In this document: positions 21,134-33,538 of the stretch, piece after piece | Position numbering within the stretch: position 1 is the stretch's first letter | Layout: the number at the start of each line of letters is the position of its first letter | Assembly (NCBI GenBank): GCA_034530615.2 | Contig: JAVRCV020000065.1 | Span: forward strand, 92,412 to 156,411 | Length of the DNA: 64,000 bases | From: Aulosira sp. ZfuVER01 | Lineage (GTDB): Bacteria; Cyanobacteriota; Cyanobacteriia; Cyanobacteriales; Nostocaceae | Direction: 5' to 3' | Position numbers and translations under genes: made by a program | The notes under the pieces: generated by a model | Database searches by the model: none | What the model was told of the DNA's origin: nothing | Seen by the model: the letters and a program-made list of their open reading frames with translations, nothing else

Positions 21134-21426
21134 TGAGTTACTTTGATAGTTTTAGTATTTTCCTTGCTGTGTGTAGATTTAACAAAAATCCATATATGCA
21201 AGCTACTGTTTAGTGATTTCGCCAGTGTATAGATATGCAACACAAGCCTTTTTTACAGATAAGCTTCACGGGTTTTGGTATACCATGTTTCTTTTTGCAG
21301 ATACAAACTTTGATATCTTTAACGTTTGCTAATAAAGTATTGATAACTTAACAAAATGTCTCATCTAGCTGGTCTAATTGCATATCTTTGGCTGTTGTGG
21401 TTTGCAGATGCGAAGTGAGACGTTCG

Positions 21427-23550
21427 ATGGATAAGTCCCGTCAATCATCCTTTCGGCGTATTTTATTAACAAGAATATTGCTGCTGTTTGTGCCAGTGTT
21501 ATTAATAGGAGAGATTGTCGCCTTAAATAAGGCACGCACTAGCCTATTAAAAACGGCGCGACAGAACTTAACAGAAAGTGCCGTTATTAAAGGGGAGAAG
21601 ATTGTAGATGCGATCGCAACCCTGAAAACTAGTTTGCTCATTATCAGTAAAACAAAAGTTATACAGTCTCGTTCACTCACTGAGGCGCAGGAATTTCTTA
21701 ATCAAATAGCGCAACAACTGCCAACCAAAATTGAATGTCTTCAATTAAAGAATTTACAAACAGACAAAATAGTTGCCAGTACTTGTGACGACAAACCGAT
21801 TGAAGAACTGAGCCAATCTTTGCCTAGCCAAGGAGTTGATATTACAGCAATTTTACCTCCCAAGGCTGGAACAACTGGTTCTAGAGATCCACAAAACCAA
21901 TTGCAAGTATTATTATCGGCTCCAGTCTATGATGATACAGGTAAATTGCTTTACAGCTTAAGTCTTCATTCAGCATTGTACCAACAAACCACAAAACAGC
22001 CGGGATCGCTCACAGGCTCTCTACTAGTTATCTCTGAAGATGGCACAATTTTAGCGCACCCATTACCAGAAAGAGTGGGGAATAATATTCAACAGTATCC
22101 AGATGCTGCCAAACTTCAAAGTATTATTCAAAATGCGAATATAGGGCAAAAAGATTCTACAGATGTGTCTTTTAATCAGAAGCAAGAATTAGTAGCCGGT
22201 TATACAGCAATTAAAGATCCCATTAAACAAAATTCACAGCAAAAATGGATTGTTTTAGCTGTTACCAGTGTAGAAAATGCTCTTTTTGGTTTGGAAGAAA
22301 TAAAACTGATTCTCATTGTTTTAACAGTGGGTTTAATAGGTGCAAGTTTATTAGCATCTTTGTATTTAGCTCCTTACCTCGCAAGACCAGTAGAAGAATT
22401 GCGAGATTATGCTCTCAATATTGACAGCCATCACAACGCCCAACCAATTCCTCATCATTTTAAAATTCGGGAGTTTAATCAACTAGCACAAGCCCTAGAT
22501 CAAATGGTTGAAAGACTCAAAGCTTGGGCAGAAGAACTGGAAATAGCGTGGAAAGAAGCAAAAACTGCTAATCAAATTAAAAGTCAGTTTTTAGCTACAA
22601 CTTCTCACGAATTGCGAAATCCACTAAATATTATTATTAACTGTGTTCGCCTAGTTCACGATGGCTTGTGTGATAACCGAGAAGAAGAAATAGAATTCCT
22701 CAAGCGTGCCGATGAAACAGCGATTCATCTATTAGGAATTATTAATGATTTACTTGATATTTCTAAAATTGAAGCGGGCAAACTTTCAGTAGTCGCAGAA
22801 CCTCTGGATCTGAGAAAATTACTGCTGGAAGTCATTAATTTACAGTCAGTGAATGTACAACAAAGAGGCTTGCAGTTGAAAACTGACCTGGGTAGCGAGC
22901 AAATTCCAGTGAAAGCAGATGCAGCAAAGCTCAAGCAAGTACTGATTAATGTAATTGGCAATGCTACTAAATTTACCGAAGAAGGAAGCATTGCGATCGC
23001 TTGTGAAATCCACAAAAGTTACGAGCAATCCCAAGTATTGATTCATATCACAGATACAGGCATGGGGATCGATCCTGCCCAACAGCACAAACTATTTCGT
23101 CCCTTTGTGATGGTAGATGGTGCAAGTACACGCAAAATTGAGGGTACAGGATTAGGACTGGCGATTTCACGCAACTTAATCGAACTCATGAAAGGCAGTA
23201 TAACCCTCAAAAGTGCGGGGCTTCATCAAGGCACAACAGTCACTATCACTTTGCCTTTAATTGATATTTCCCTATTATCTCCCCCAGTAGAGGAAGGTAA
23301 TTTTAAGGATATCGAAATCTCCGCCATAGATGAGGCAAACAGGGGAATGAACGGCTTTGCTCATCTTCAACCAGAACCGCTACTTGAGTCTACAGAAATC
23401 CCAGAATCTACAATAGCAAGGATAGATGAACCCAAAGACGAGTTGCCGCTTGTGGAAGATACTTGCGAAGTCAATCTTCTGAGTCCACAAACTGTTTTGT
23501 CTAGTCTAGCGACGGGAGAAGCTTGTGCTAACGGTACTTCGGAAAGGTAG
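21427..23550 (+). CDS. Membrane sensor histidine kinase (Cache-like, HAMP, HisKA, HATPase)
   Basis: Two TMs, SHELRNPL H-box, NATKFT, DTGMG and GTGLGLAIS boxes. Confidence 0.9.
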   Translation: MDKSRQSSFRRILLTRILLLFVPVLLIGEIVALNKARTSLLKTARQNLTESAVIKGEKIVDAIATLKTSLLIISKTKVIQSRSLTEAQEFLNQIAQQLPTKIECLQLKNLQTDKIVASTCDDKPIEELSQSLPSQGVDITAILPPKAGTTGSRDPQNQLQVLLSAPVYDDTGKLLYSLSLHSALYQQTTKQPGSLTGSLLVISEDGTILAHPLPERVGNNIQQYPDAAKLQSIIQNANIGQKDSTDVSFNQKQELVAGYTAIKDPIKQNSQQKWIVLAVTSVENALFGLEEIKLILIVLTVGLIGASLLASLYLAPYLARPVEELRDYALNIDSHHNAQPIPHHFKIREFNQLAQALDQMVERLKAWAEELEIAWKEAKTANQIKSQFLATTSHELRNPLNIIINCVRLVHDGLCDNREEEIEFLKRADETAIHLLGIINDLLDISKIEAGKLSVVAEPLDLRKLLLEVINLQSVNVQQRGLQLKTDLGSEQIPVKADAAKLKQVLINVIGNATKFTEEGSIAIACEIHKSYEQSQVLIHITDTGMGIDPAQQHKLFRPFVMVDGASTRKIEGTGLGLAISRNLIELMKGSITLKSAGLHQGTTVTITLPLIDISLLSPPVEEGNFKDIEISAIDEANRGMNGFAHLQPEPLLESTEIPESTIARIDEPKDELPLVEDTCEVNLLSPQTVLSSLATGEACANGTSER

Positions 23551-23564
23551 GGGTTTGGGCATAG

Positions 23565-24692
23565 TTATTTGTTTCCTCCCCTGCTTTTTCTTTCTTGTCC
23601 CCAATTCTCAGCTTTGAGAAACACAACTTCCCCACCTCGCTGGAGAGATATTGTCAGGGCGGCGAGAATTTGCACTAACTCTGCGCCTACCCAACCAGAT
23701 GAAACCACTGGGGGAGTATTTTTGAGGATACAAGAAATAAAGCGATCGCAAACCCGCTGCAATGGTTCGCCCTTTTCTACTTCTAATACCTCATGGCTTT
23801 GATTTATGGGCAGAAATTGATTGTCCTGAAATTCAAACTCACCTTGCAATAGGGTTAAAGGCGATGAATGTGACATTTCATCGAAAATCAAGCTACCACG
23901 CTGACCGACAACCGCCAACCGTCTTTGTTTATCAGTATTCAGCCAGCAAAGATGAATATATGCTTGAAAGCCATCTGGATATGTCAGCGTCACCCATACT
24001 AAGTCAGCTAGCTCTTGGTCGTGGGATGAAGAAGATGCCGTGAAATTCTCCGCGTCTCCGCGTCCCCTTGTCTCCTTGTCCCTAACTCCCTGCAACCACA
24101 CCGTACCCGTTGCTTGCACTTTCACTGGTAGCTGACCCAGCCAAGTGTTGAAGATGGCAATATCGTGAATCGCTAAGTCCCACAATGCGTCCACATCTTG
24201 TCGGACTGGACCTAAATGAGTGCGGGTGGCGTAGCCATAGCGTAAATCTCCTAACTTACCCGCCTGAATTACAGCTTGCCCTTTCTCAACGGCGGGGTGA
24301 AATAAATATGTGTGATCTACCATCAGTATTAAATGCTGTCGCTCTGCTAACTGGCAAAGTTCACGACATTCTACTGGGTCTAGAGTTAAGGGCTTTTCTG
24401 CTAAAACATGGTATCCCTGCTTAAGAGCATCCTTAATCAGGTGATAATGAGTGGTAGCAGGAGTAGCGATCGCCACTGCATTCAAATCTGATACTTGCTT
24501 TACAGCCTGCCACTCAGTTGTTAATAATACATTTTCATTTAAATTAAATTGCCGTTTTACCGCAGCCAACCTTTCTGGATTGGGGTCTACAACTGCACCA
24601 ATACGCACTTGGGGATGTTCTAAAAAATTCCGTAGCAAATGCACGCCCCAACGCCCAACGCCCAGGACAGCAATTGTAATTTGGTTATTCAT
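23565..24692 (-). CDS. Gfo/Idh/MocA-family oxidoreductase
   Basis: GVGRWG, EKP and DLAIHD motifs. Confidence 0.88.
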   Translation of the reverse strand: MNNQITIAVLGVGRWGVHLLRNFLEHPQVRIGAVVDPNPERLAAVKRQFNLNENVLLTTEWQAVKQVSDLNAVAIATPATTHYHLIKDALKQGYHVLAEKPLTLDPVECRELCQLAERQHLILMVDHTYLFHPAVEKGQAVIQAGKLGDLRYGYATRTHLGPVRQDVDALWDLAIHDIAIFNTWLGQLPVKVQATGTVWLQGVRDKETRGRGDAENFTASSSSHDQELADLVWVTLTYPDGFQAYIHLCWLNTDKQRRLAVVGQRGSLIFDEMSHSSPLTLLQGEFEFQDNQFLPINQSHEVLEVEKGEPLQRVCDRFISCILKNTPPVVSSGWVGAELVQILAALTISLQRGGEVVFLKAENWGQERKSRGGNK

Positions 24693-24789
24693 TAGTTATT
24701 TGTCAAGATTCAAGAGTTAAATTTTTGACAGTGGAATTTAAGCTCTTGAGTAATAACTGAATTATCTTCGGATGAATAGCCTATTGGGT

Positions 24790-25509
24790 TCAGGGTTGTT
24801 CCGGATTACTAATAGATAAAAAAGCTACTTTAGCTGCGGCTTGTTCGGCAGCTTTAATAGAACGTCCCTTACCTTGACCTAATTGTTTGCCGTGCAACCA
24901 CACTTCCGCAACGAAACGCTCTTGATTGCGATGGGGTTGAGTCACTTCTACAACCCGATACTCAGGTAAAACTTTAAATTGCGCCTGAGTCCATTCTTGC
25001 AGCGCAGCTTTGTAGTTCAACCTAGCTGGATCGAGACGAATTTCTGCAGCTAATTGTTTGAAGTGAGGATCTAGCCAAGGACGGATGAGATCGAGATTGT
25101 TAGTGCTGAGGTACAACGCACCCAGAACAGCTTCAAAAGCATCCGCCAGCCGAGATTCTTGACCAACTTTATCAGCAGTAGCACTACCAGCGACTAATAG
25201 ATATAGTTCTAAACCATATTCTCTGGCTAATTGAGCGAGAATGCGATCGCTCACTAATACAGAACGAATTGCCGCAAAATCCCCCACTGGACAATCTGGA
25301 TAATGTTCCCACAACACCACCGCAGCTACTAAGCGCACCACAGCATCACCGACAAACTCTAGTTGCTCATAATTTGCGGACTCAGAGACAGTAGGATGAG
25401 TCAGCGCTAAATCTAGCAGTTGCCACTGTATGGGTGCTTCTTTGAGTAGCCCTAATTTTTTAACTAAACTTTCAAGCTGCCGCTGACGGCGTGGATAAGC
25501 GAGGGACAT
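24790..25509 (-). CDS. rnc: Ribonuclease III
   Basis: EQLEFVGDAV, ADAFEAVLGA and a C-terminal dsRBD. Confidence 0.93.
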   Translation of the reverse strand: MSLAYPRRQRQLESLVKKLGLLKEAPIQWQLLDLALTHPTVSESANYEQLEFVGDAVVRLVAAVVLWEHYPDCPVGDFAAIRSVLVSDRILAQLAREYGLELYLLVAGSATADKVGQESRLADAFEAVLGALYLSTNNLDLIRPWLDPHFKQLAAEIRLDPARLNYKAALQEWTQAQFKVLPEYRVVEVTQPHRNQERFVAEVWLHGKQLGQGKGRSIKAAEQAAAKVAFLSISNPEQP

Positions 25510-25623
25510 TCAATCAGAAGGGGAGAAGGGAGCAGGGGAGCAGGGAGCAGTGGAAGATGAGGGAGATGGAGGAGATAAGAACAAATGACAAATGACTATT
25601 GCCTATTCCGTTCTTGCCCAATG

Positions 25624-25737
25624 ACGGCAGTTGCTACAACGCGACGGCACTTCCTTCAAGTCGGCGTTCGCCCTTGGCGTTGCCGAAGGCTAGCCGCCCA
25701 ACGGAGTGCCTTGGAAACCCGCGCAACGCACTACCTC
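25624..25737 (+). repeat. Triple-nested small dispersed repeats
   Basis: The outer element ACGGCAGTTGCTACAACG...CGCAACGCACTACCTC contains ACGGCACTT...AACGGAGTGCCT, which in turn contains the 28-bp double hairpin at 25666-25693. Confidence 0.65.
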
Positions 25738-25780
25738 CCCAAAGCCCGATGCCCAATGCCCAATGCTCAATAATTAAAAA

Positions 25781-26246
25781 GGGAGAGAGCAGATCATAAG
25801 CCGGGTTCTGTTCTCTGATGTAGAGATGTTATTGTAACCTCCCTACAATGAGGGCAGTTATCTATCTGGGACGTTTGTTACCAAACGCCTCTAGCGGCTC
25901 TGTTTTTGCGGAACTGGTAAAAGACCAACCATAGTTCCTTTCGCCTTGCTCCCAACCGGGGTTTACCGAGCCAGCGCCTCTCGACGCTGCTGGTGCGCTC
26001 TTACCGCACCTTTGCACCCTTACCAAAACAAGTAAAAAGTAAAAAGTACAAAGGTAAAAGAAGATTTCTTTCTTTTTACTTTTAGCTTTTATCTTTTGAC
26101 TTATTTTGGCGGTATCTTTCTGTGGCACTATCCTCACGATCGCTCGCACTGGACGTTATCCAGCAAGTTTGGTCTTTCGGGAGCCCGGACTTTCCTCAAA
26201 CCAGTTGTTCTAACCGATCTGCAACCGCCTGCGTCTACTCCCTCCC
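25781..26246 (-). ncRNA. rnpB: RNase P RNA (bacterial type A)
   Basis: The minus strand carries GAGGAAAGTCCGGGCT, AGTGCCACAGAAA, GGTAAACCCC and AACAGAACCCGGCTTAT conserved regions. Ends approximate. Confidence 0.96.
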
Positions 26247-26290
26247 TAGATCCAGTGTAATCTTGGATGGCATTGTGTGTCTGATTTGAA

Positions 26291-27001
26291 TTACTTCTTT
26301 TTATTCCAAGGTAGGGCGTAAGTCCAAGGCAGTTTCCTGATTGTGAAAGGACAATTAACAATGCACATTGGCGGGATATTCACACCAGGAGCCAGACCAA
26401 CACGTACCTCAGAAATTCGCAGTACTAACTGTAGGGAAAAATCTAACTGTTTTGTTCTGTTAACAAAATCGTTGTACAACTTTCTTTGCGCCTTGACAGG
26501 ACTTTTTTGTAAACCACTAATATCAATTAAGGCTTTTGTTGTTGAGTAAGTTCCTGTAGTTGCATCTCGGCTGAAAACATCTTCTGCTGTCACTGTTGCA
26601 GAAAGCGTTTTCTTGGGAGCGACAAGGCTGGGACTTTGCGGTACAGCCAAGTCGCGGGTCAAGTCTGGTGATTTGCGAATTACTCGGCGTGATTGCTTGT
26701 TGTGTTCAACTACTATCGAGCTATTGTCCCAATCAATATAGATAGCAAGATTATCAGATTTATTTTCAATGCTAACTGACAACTCTTTCAACTCGTCAAA
26801 TGAGTATGAGGGGCTAAGTCTAAAAGAAATTCCTACTTGGTCTTGGAGATTTTGCTCTTTGAGTTGATCGTCAACAACTCCTTTTTGATGTTCAAATTTG
26901 ATTTTGTCATCGATCGACTCAATCATCAAATTAAAAATATAAGTGACGCCGATAATATAAAGCGTCAAAACCAGTAAATTTTGGTCGCCATTTCCTCTCA
27001 T
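26291..27001 (-). CDS. Hypothetical protein with one N-terminal TM
   Basis: 236-aa ORF immediately upstream of rnpB on the same strand. Confidence 0.7.
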   Translation of the reverse strand: MRGNGDQNLLVLTLYIIGVTYIFNLMIESIDDKIKFEHQKGVVDDQLKEQNLQDQVGISFRLSPSYSFDELKELSVSIENKSDNLAIYIDWDNSSIVVEHNKQSRRVIRKSPDLTRDLAVPQSPSLVAPKKTLSATVTAEDVFSRDATTGTYSTTKALIDISGLQKSPVKAQRKLYNDFVNRTKQLDFSLQLVLRISEVRVGLAPGVNIPPMCIVNCPFTIRKLPWTYALPWNKKK

Positions 27002-27063
27002 AACTTAAAATATAGACTCCCTCTAATAATTTTGTATATTCGTTTCATAGCCATACCCTATAT

Positions 27064-28206
27064 TTAATCTTGCTTCATCGTTACAGACCGTTCTAGCCAG
27101 CCCCGCCGCCAAAAAAAGAATAATAATCCACCTGCGATCGCTGCCATAACTGCCAAGCACATCGGATATCCCCAATACCAATTCAGTTCAGGCATATTAT
27201 AGGGGGATTTTTCGGTATTGAAGTTCATTCCATAAATTCCCGCTACAAAAGTTAAGGGAATAAAAATTGACGAAACCACCGTTAGTATCTTCATTATTTC
27301 ATTCATTTTGTTACTAACTGCTGACAAATAAACATCCATCAATCCTGATGTCAGTTCGCGGTAAGTTTCTACCATATCAATTACTTGCACTGCATGGTCA
27401 TAACAATCTCTGAGATAGATTCGCACCTCATCACTTATAAGTTCACCGCTATCTCGCATCAAAGAACTAATTACATCCCGTTGCGGCCAAATGGCGCGAC
27501 GTAGTTGCAGTAATTCTCGCTTAATTTGGTAAATCTTTTTGAGTGTTTTCTGGGTAGGTTTGACCATGACTTCCTCTTCTAAATCTTCAAGTTGCTCACC
27601 ATAACTTTCTAACACAGGAAAAAAGCCATCAATAATTGCATCTAACAGGGCATAATTTAAATAATCTGCTCCTGATTTGCGAATAATACCCTTAGATTTT
27701 TCAATCCGCGATCGCACTGCTTCAAAGCAATCATGTTCTGGTTCTTCTTGTACAGTCAGTAAATAATTTTTACCTAGTACAAAACTTACTTGTTCGCTAT
27801 AAAAGCCAAAAGCATTCTCCTTTGGGACTACCATCCGAGAAATTATTAATAATTGGTCTTCATAATCTTCTGTTTTCGGTCGCTCTGGCACATTGACGAT
27901 ATCTTCTAAAACTAGAGGATGTAAATCAAATACTTGACCCACTCTTTGTAATATGTCTTGATTACCTAAACCCTGCACATCAACCCAAGTTACAGATGAT
28001 CTATCTAAATAACTGATGCATTCCTCCGGAGTTTCTATTTGTTTGCTGATGTAATTATTTTGGTTATAATCAATCAAAATTATTTCCGGATATTCCGCAT
28101 TTTCATCAATGATCAGAGTTCCTGGTACATTTCCTGGTTGTTGATAAAAGTCTTTGATAAATAGATGATTGACGGCTTTATTTCGCCGACGTATTTTTCT
28201 GACCAT
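27064..28206 (-). CDS. corA: Mg2+/Co2+ transporter CorA
   Basis: YGMNF signature, MPEL and two C-terminal TMs. Confidence 0.93.
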   Translation of the reverse strand: MVRKIRRRNKAVNHLFIKDFYQQPGNVPGTLIIDENAEYPEIILIDYNQNNYISKQIETPEECISYLDRSSVTWVDVQGLGNQDILQRVGQVFDLHPLVLEDIVNVPERPKTEDYEDQLLIISRMVVPKENAFGFYSEQVSFVLGKNYLLTVQEEPEHDCFEAVRSRIEKSKGIIRKSGADYLNYALLDAIIDGFFPVLESYGEQLEDLEEEVMVKPTQKTLKKIYQIKRELLQLRRAIWPQRDVISSLMRDSGELISDEVRIYLRDCYDHAVQVIDMVETYRELTSGLMDVYLSAVSNKMNEIMKILTVVSSIFIPLTFVAGIYGMNFNTEKSPYNMPELNWYWGYPMCLAVMAAIAGGLLFFFWRRGWLERSVTMKQD

Positions 28207-28498
28207 ATAGTTTTACCTTTAATAATTAATTATTAGTCATTTGTTAATTTTGAAAAATCCAAATATGAGATTTTTGATGAGGCTTGATAGCAAAATATAG
28301 TTTTCTTTGTGTCTCTGTGGTTCAAATATCTTCTCAGGGACTTCCAAATTAAAAATAACCCATCGCGCTAAATGTAAGCGATCGAGGAAAAGGGCTAAAG
28401 AATTAGAGACAAATCATTTGTATCAGGTAGTGAGTGAAATGGTATTAACTATTTAAGCCGATATGATATCATTCCCTCACCTCTAGGTCAGAAATGAT

Positions 28499-28536
28499 AA
28501 AAAAAAAAAACAGTTTGCCTTAGCTAAGACAAACTG
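28499..28536 (-). terminator. Intrinsic terminator of groEL
   Basis: The minus strand reads CAGTTTGTCTTAGCTAAGGCAAACTG followed by a long T run. Confidence 0.8.
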
Positions 28537-28567
28537 CTTAATAAATATTTATATGGGGCAGCAGAGA

Positions 28568-30250
<1,683 letters not shown>

Positions 30251-30279
30251 TCATTTCTCAAGCGCTTCCATTAGACAAT

Positions 30280-30306
30280 TTAGCACTCACAGAGCAAGAG
30301 TGCTAA
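30280..30306. promoter_or_regulatory. CIRCE element (HrcA operator)
   Basis: Perfect TTAGCACTC-N9-GAGTGCTAA about 33 nt upstream of the groEL start. Confidence 0.95.
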
Positions 30307-30464
30307 CTTCCAAGAGCGATCGCATAACAAAAGATTGGAGATTGGTGAGATGAGGGACAAGGGAGAAATAACTCTTGACTCTTGACCCTTGACTCTTAAC
30401 ACTTATTGATTAACATACAGTTGATGCTCATGTTGAATAGTAGCAGTAATGGTTGAATTGGGAG

Positions 30465-31556
30465 ATGAATCTAGACAACTCCCTTAAATCCCTCGGTATT
30501 GCCGACCCTAGCGGCACCGGCTGGTTGGCTGTAGTATTTACGTTTCTCTTGGCTTGGCTAGTAACATGGCGGTTAATTCCCACAGTACGCAAATTTGCCT
30601 TGCGGGTAGGTTGGGCTGACCAACCAAACGCACGACGGCTTAACCGAGAACCTTTGCCCAATGCAGGGGGTCTGGCTATTTATACGGGCGTGATTGCGGC
30701 ACTAGTATTAGCTACCCTTTTACGACCAATCGAATTACAAGGCGTATTGGCTCAAGTACTGACTATTCTTTTAGGAGGGACGATATTAGTTCTGGTTGGC
30801 TTTATTGATGACCAGTTTGGCTTACCTCCCTCAGTACGGATGTTTACTCAGGTTCTCACAGCCTTGTTGCTGGTTGCCAACGGTATTAGAATTGAAATCG
30901 CTTTTGGCACACCAATCGACTATTTTCTTTCTATATCGCTAACAGTATTTTGGGTAGTAGGAATTACTAATGCTATCAACTTGATGGATGGTATGGATGG
31001 TTTAGCCGGAGGGGTAAGTTTTATTACTGCCATGAGTTTGTTGGCGGTTTCTGCCCAAATTTCCTATCGCGCAGCAGCGACCCTGGTACTGGCTGCATTA
31101 GGGGGTGCAGCGCTGGGCTTTTTGCGCCATAACTTCCACCCCTCGCGGATCATTATGGGTGATGCCGGAGCCTACTTTTTTGGGTATGTGCTGGCCGCAA
31201 CTAGTATTTTAGGGAAACTCCAGGTAAACACTGTATTTTCCCTAATTCCGACAGTTTTATTTTTGCTGTTGCCAGTGTTGGACACTACTCAAGTAATTGT
31301 GCGACGACTGATGGCAGGGAAAAATCCTATGAGTACTCCTGGCAAAGACCATCTGCACCATCGCTTGCTGGCTTGGGGATTTTCCCAACGCCGTGCTGCG
31401 TATACTCTTTGGTCAATCACTTTGGTTTGTAATTTGTTGGCGATGAGAATGCAGAATTTGACCTTGGTACAAATGCTAGCTACAACAATAAGTGTCATCT
31501 CCCTGATTTGCTTTACTATCTGGGGGAGAATACAGAAAACAGAATGTATTTCATGA
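30465..31556 (+). CDS. MraY/WecA-family (glycosyl transferase family 4) undecaprenyl-phosphate GlcNAc-1-P transferase
   Basis: GFIDD, NAINLMDGMDGL, MGDAG and HLHH motifs. Confidence 0.88.
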   Translation: MNLDNSLKSLGIADPSGTGWLAVVFTFLLAWLVTWRLIPTVRKFALRVGWADQPNARRLNREPLPNAGGLAIYTGVIAALVLATLLRPIELQGVLAQVLTILLGGTILVLVGFIDDQFGLPPSVRMFTQVLTALLLVANGIRIEIAFGTPIDYFLSISLTVFWVVGITNAINLMDGMDGLAGGVSFITAMSLLAVSAQISYRAAATLVLAALGGAALGFLRHNFHPSRIIMGDAGAYFFGYVLAATSILGKLQVNTVFSLIPTVLFLLLPVLDTTQVIVRRLMAGKNPMSTPGKDHLHHRLLAWGFSQRRAAYTLWSITLVCNLLAMRMQNLTLVQMLATTISVISLICFTIWGRIQKTECIS

Positions 31557-31686
31557 GTAACTTTTTGGTAACGAAAGTTGTAAATGTTAGCTAATGTTCT
31601 TGAAGCAATAAAAGTGGCGATCGCTCTTCCATTTGCGATCGCCATTTCTGTAAGTATCAAGGTTTTTTACACTGGTAACAGCCGAT

Positions 31687-32469
<783 letters not shown>

Positions 32470-32845
32470 TCACCGCGCTAATTATCTTATGGTGATTTGA
32501 GTCATATTTTGTACTTGTTTGGTATGGGCATAGGGCATTTGTCATTGGTTATTTCTCCCTTATCCCATTTCTCCCAATGCTTCCCACGCTCCCTTGTCTC
32601 CCTGCTCCCCTGCTTTTTCTCCCTTGTCCCGTTTTCATGCATGGTGATGAAAATTTTTTCATTGGGACTGCCTTCTGATTACATTTCTATAAACTCATCA
32701 AGTTTTGCAAATTCTCACTTTCAGCAGCTAAATTTTGATTACGAGGATAGTTAATTTTCACTTAATAAAAACAAAATGATGTTACACCCTTTTTTTTAGG
32801 CACGCATTACTATTGAAAGCAAACAACAGAAAATTTGTGTGTCAT

Positions 32846-33163
32846 ATGGCTACTAAAAAACAATTCAACAGCTTTGAAGAGATGTTGTCTAGTTCTGATG
32901 TACCTGTGTTGGTAGATTTTTATGCTGAGTGGTGCGGTCCTTGTCAAATGATGGTGCCAATTTTAGAGCAGGTAAATGCCCAACTTCAAGGTCGGTTACG
33001 TATTGTTAAAATCGATACGGAAAAATATACAGAGCTAGCAAGCCAGTATCAGATTTATGCCCTACCAACTTTGGTACTGTTTAAGCAAGGTCAACCAGTA
33101 GATCGGATTGAAGGAGTGATGCAAGCACAGCAGTTAGTGCAACATCTCCAAGGCGTCATTTAA
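32846..33163 (+). CDS. Thioredoxin (second paralogue)
   Basis: WCGPC active site; start moved to the ATG at 32846. Confidence 0.9.
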   Translation: MATKKQFNSFEEMLSSSDVPVLVDFYAEWCGPCQMMVPILEQVNAQLQGRLRIVKIDTEKYTELASQYQIYALPTLVLFKQGQPVDRIEGVMQAQQLVQHLQGVI

Positions 33164-33176
33164 GATTGTTATGCAC

Positions 33177-33200
33177 AGAGGCGCGAACTTTCGCGTCTCT
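33177..33200. repeat. REP-like palindrome AGAGGCGCGAACTTTCGCGTCTCT
   Basis: Same family as 862-889; directly after the thioredoxin stop. Confidence 0.65.
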
Positions 33201-33538
33201 ACCAGCCAAAAATATTTATAAAAATAATAAAATATTTAATCATTAGAAACCGTCTGATAGAAAAAAGGTAAAAAATTGAATAAATAAGCCTTTGCTATAT
33301 GTTGATTTTAAAATTATATTTATTAATCACCGCCTGAAGAATTATGTTTTTAGCAAAAATCAAATTCGTTAATGGGAAGCTAACAGTTAAATTCTATAGA
33401 AGTAGAGCATAAAAATTTATGAACTACAGCTTTGTTATGTTCTGTAAGTAACCCATACAGCTTTATATTGTAACAAGTGGTAAATATTTCATAGACTAAG
33501 TATTTAAGATAACTGCTTGTTGTTTAATAAAGCCCAAT

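Noticed and set aside
25585..26361. Small ORFs at 25585, 25599, 25862 and 26134
   Set aside because: They overlap the nested repeats or rnpB and are non-coding.
28336..28500. Possible MITE end AGGGACTTCCAAAT
   Set aside because: No matching inverted end was found nearby; too weak to call.
33444..33458. Possible NtcA box upstream of the ethylene-type kinase
   Set aside because: The spacing is GTA-N9-TAC rather than N8.
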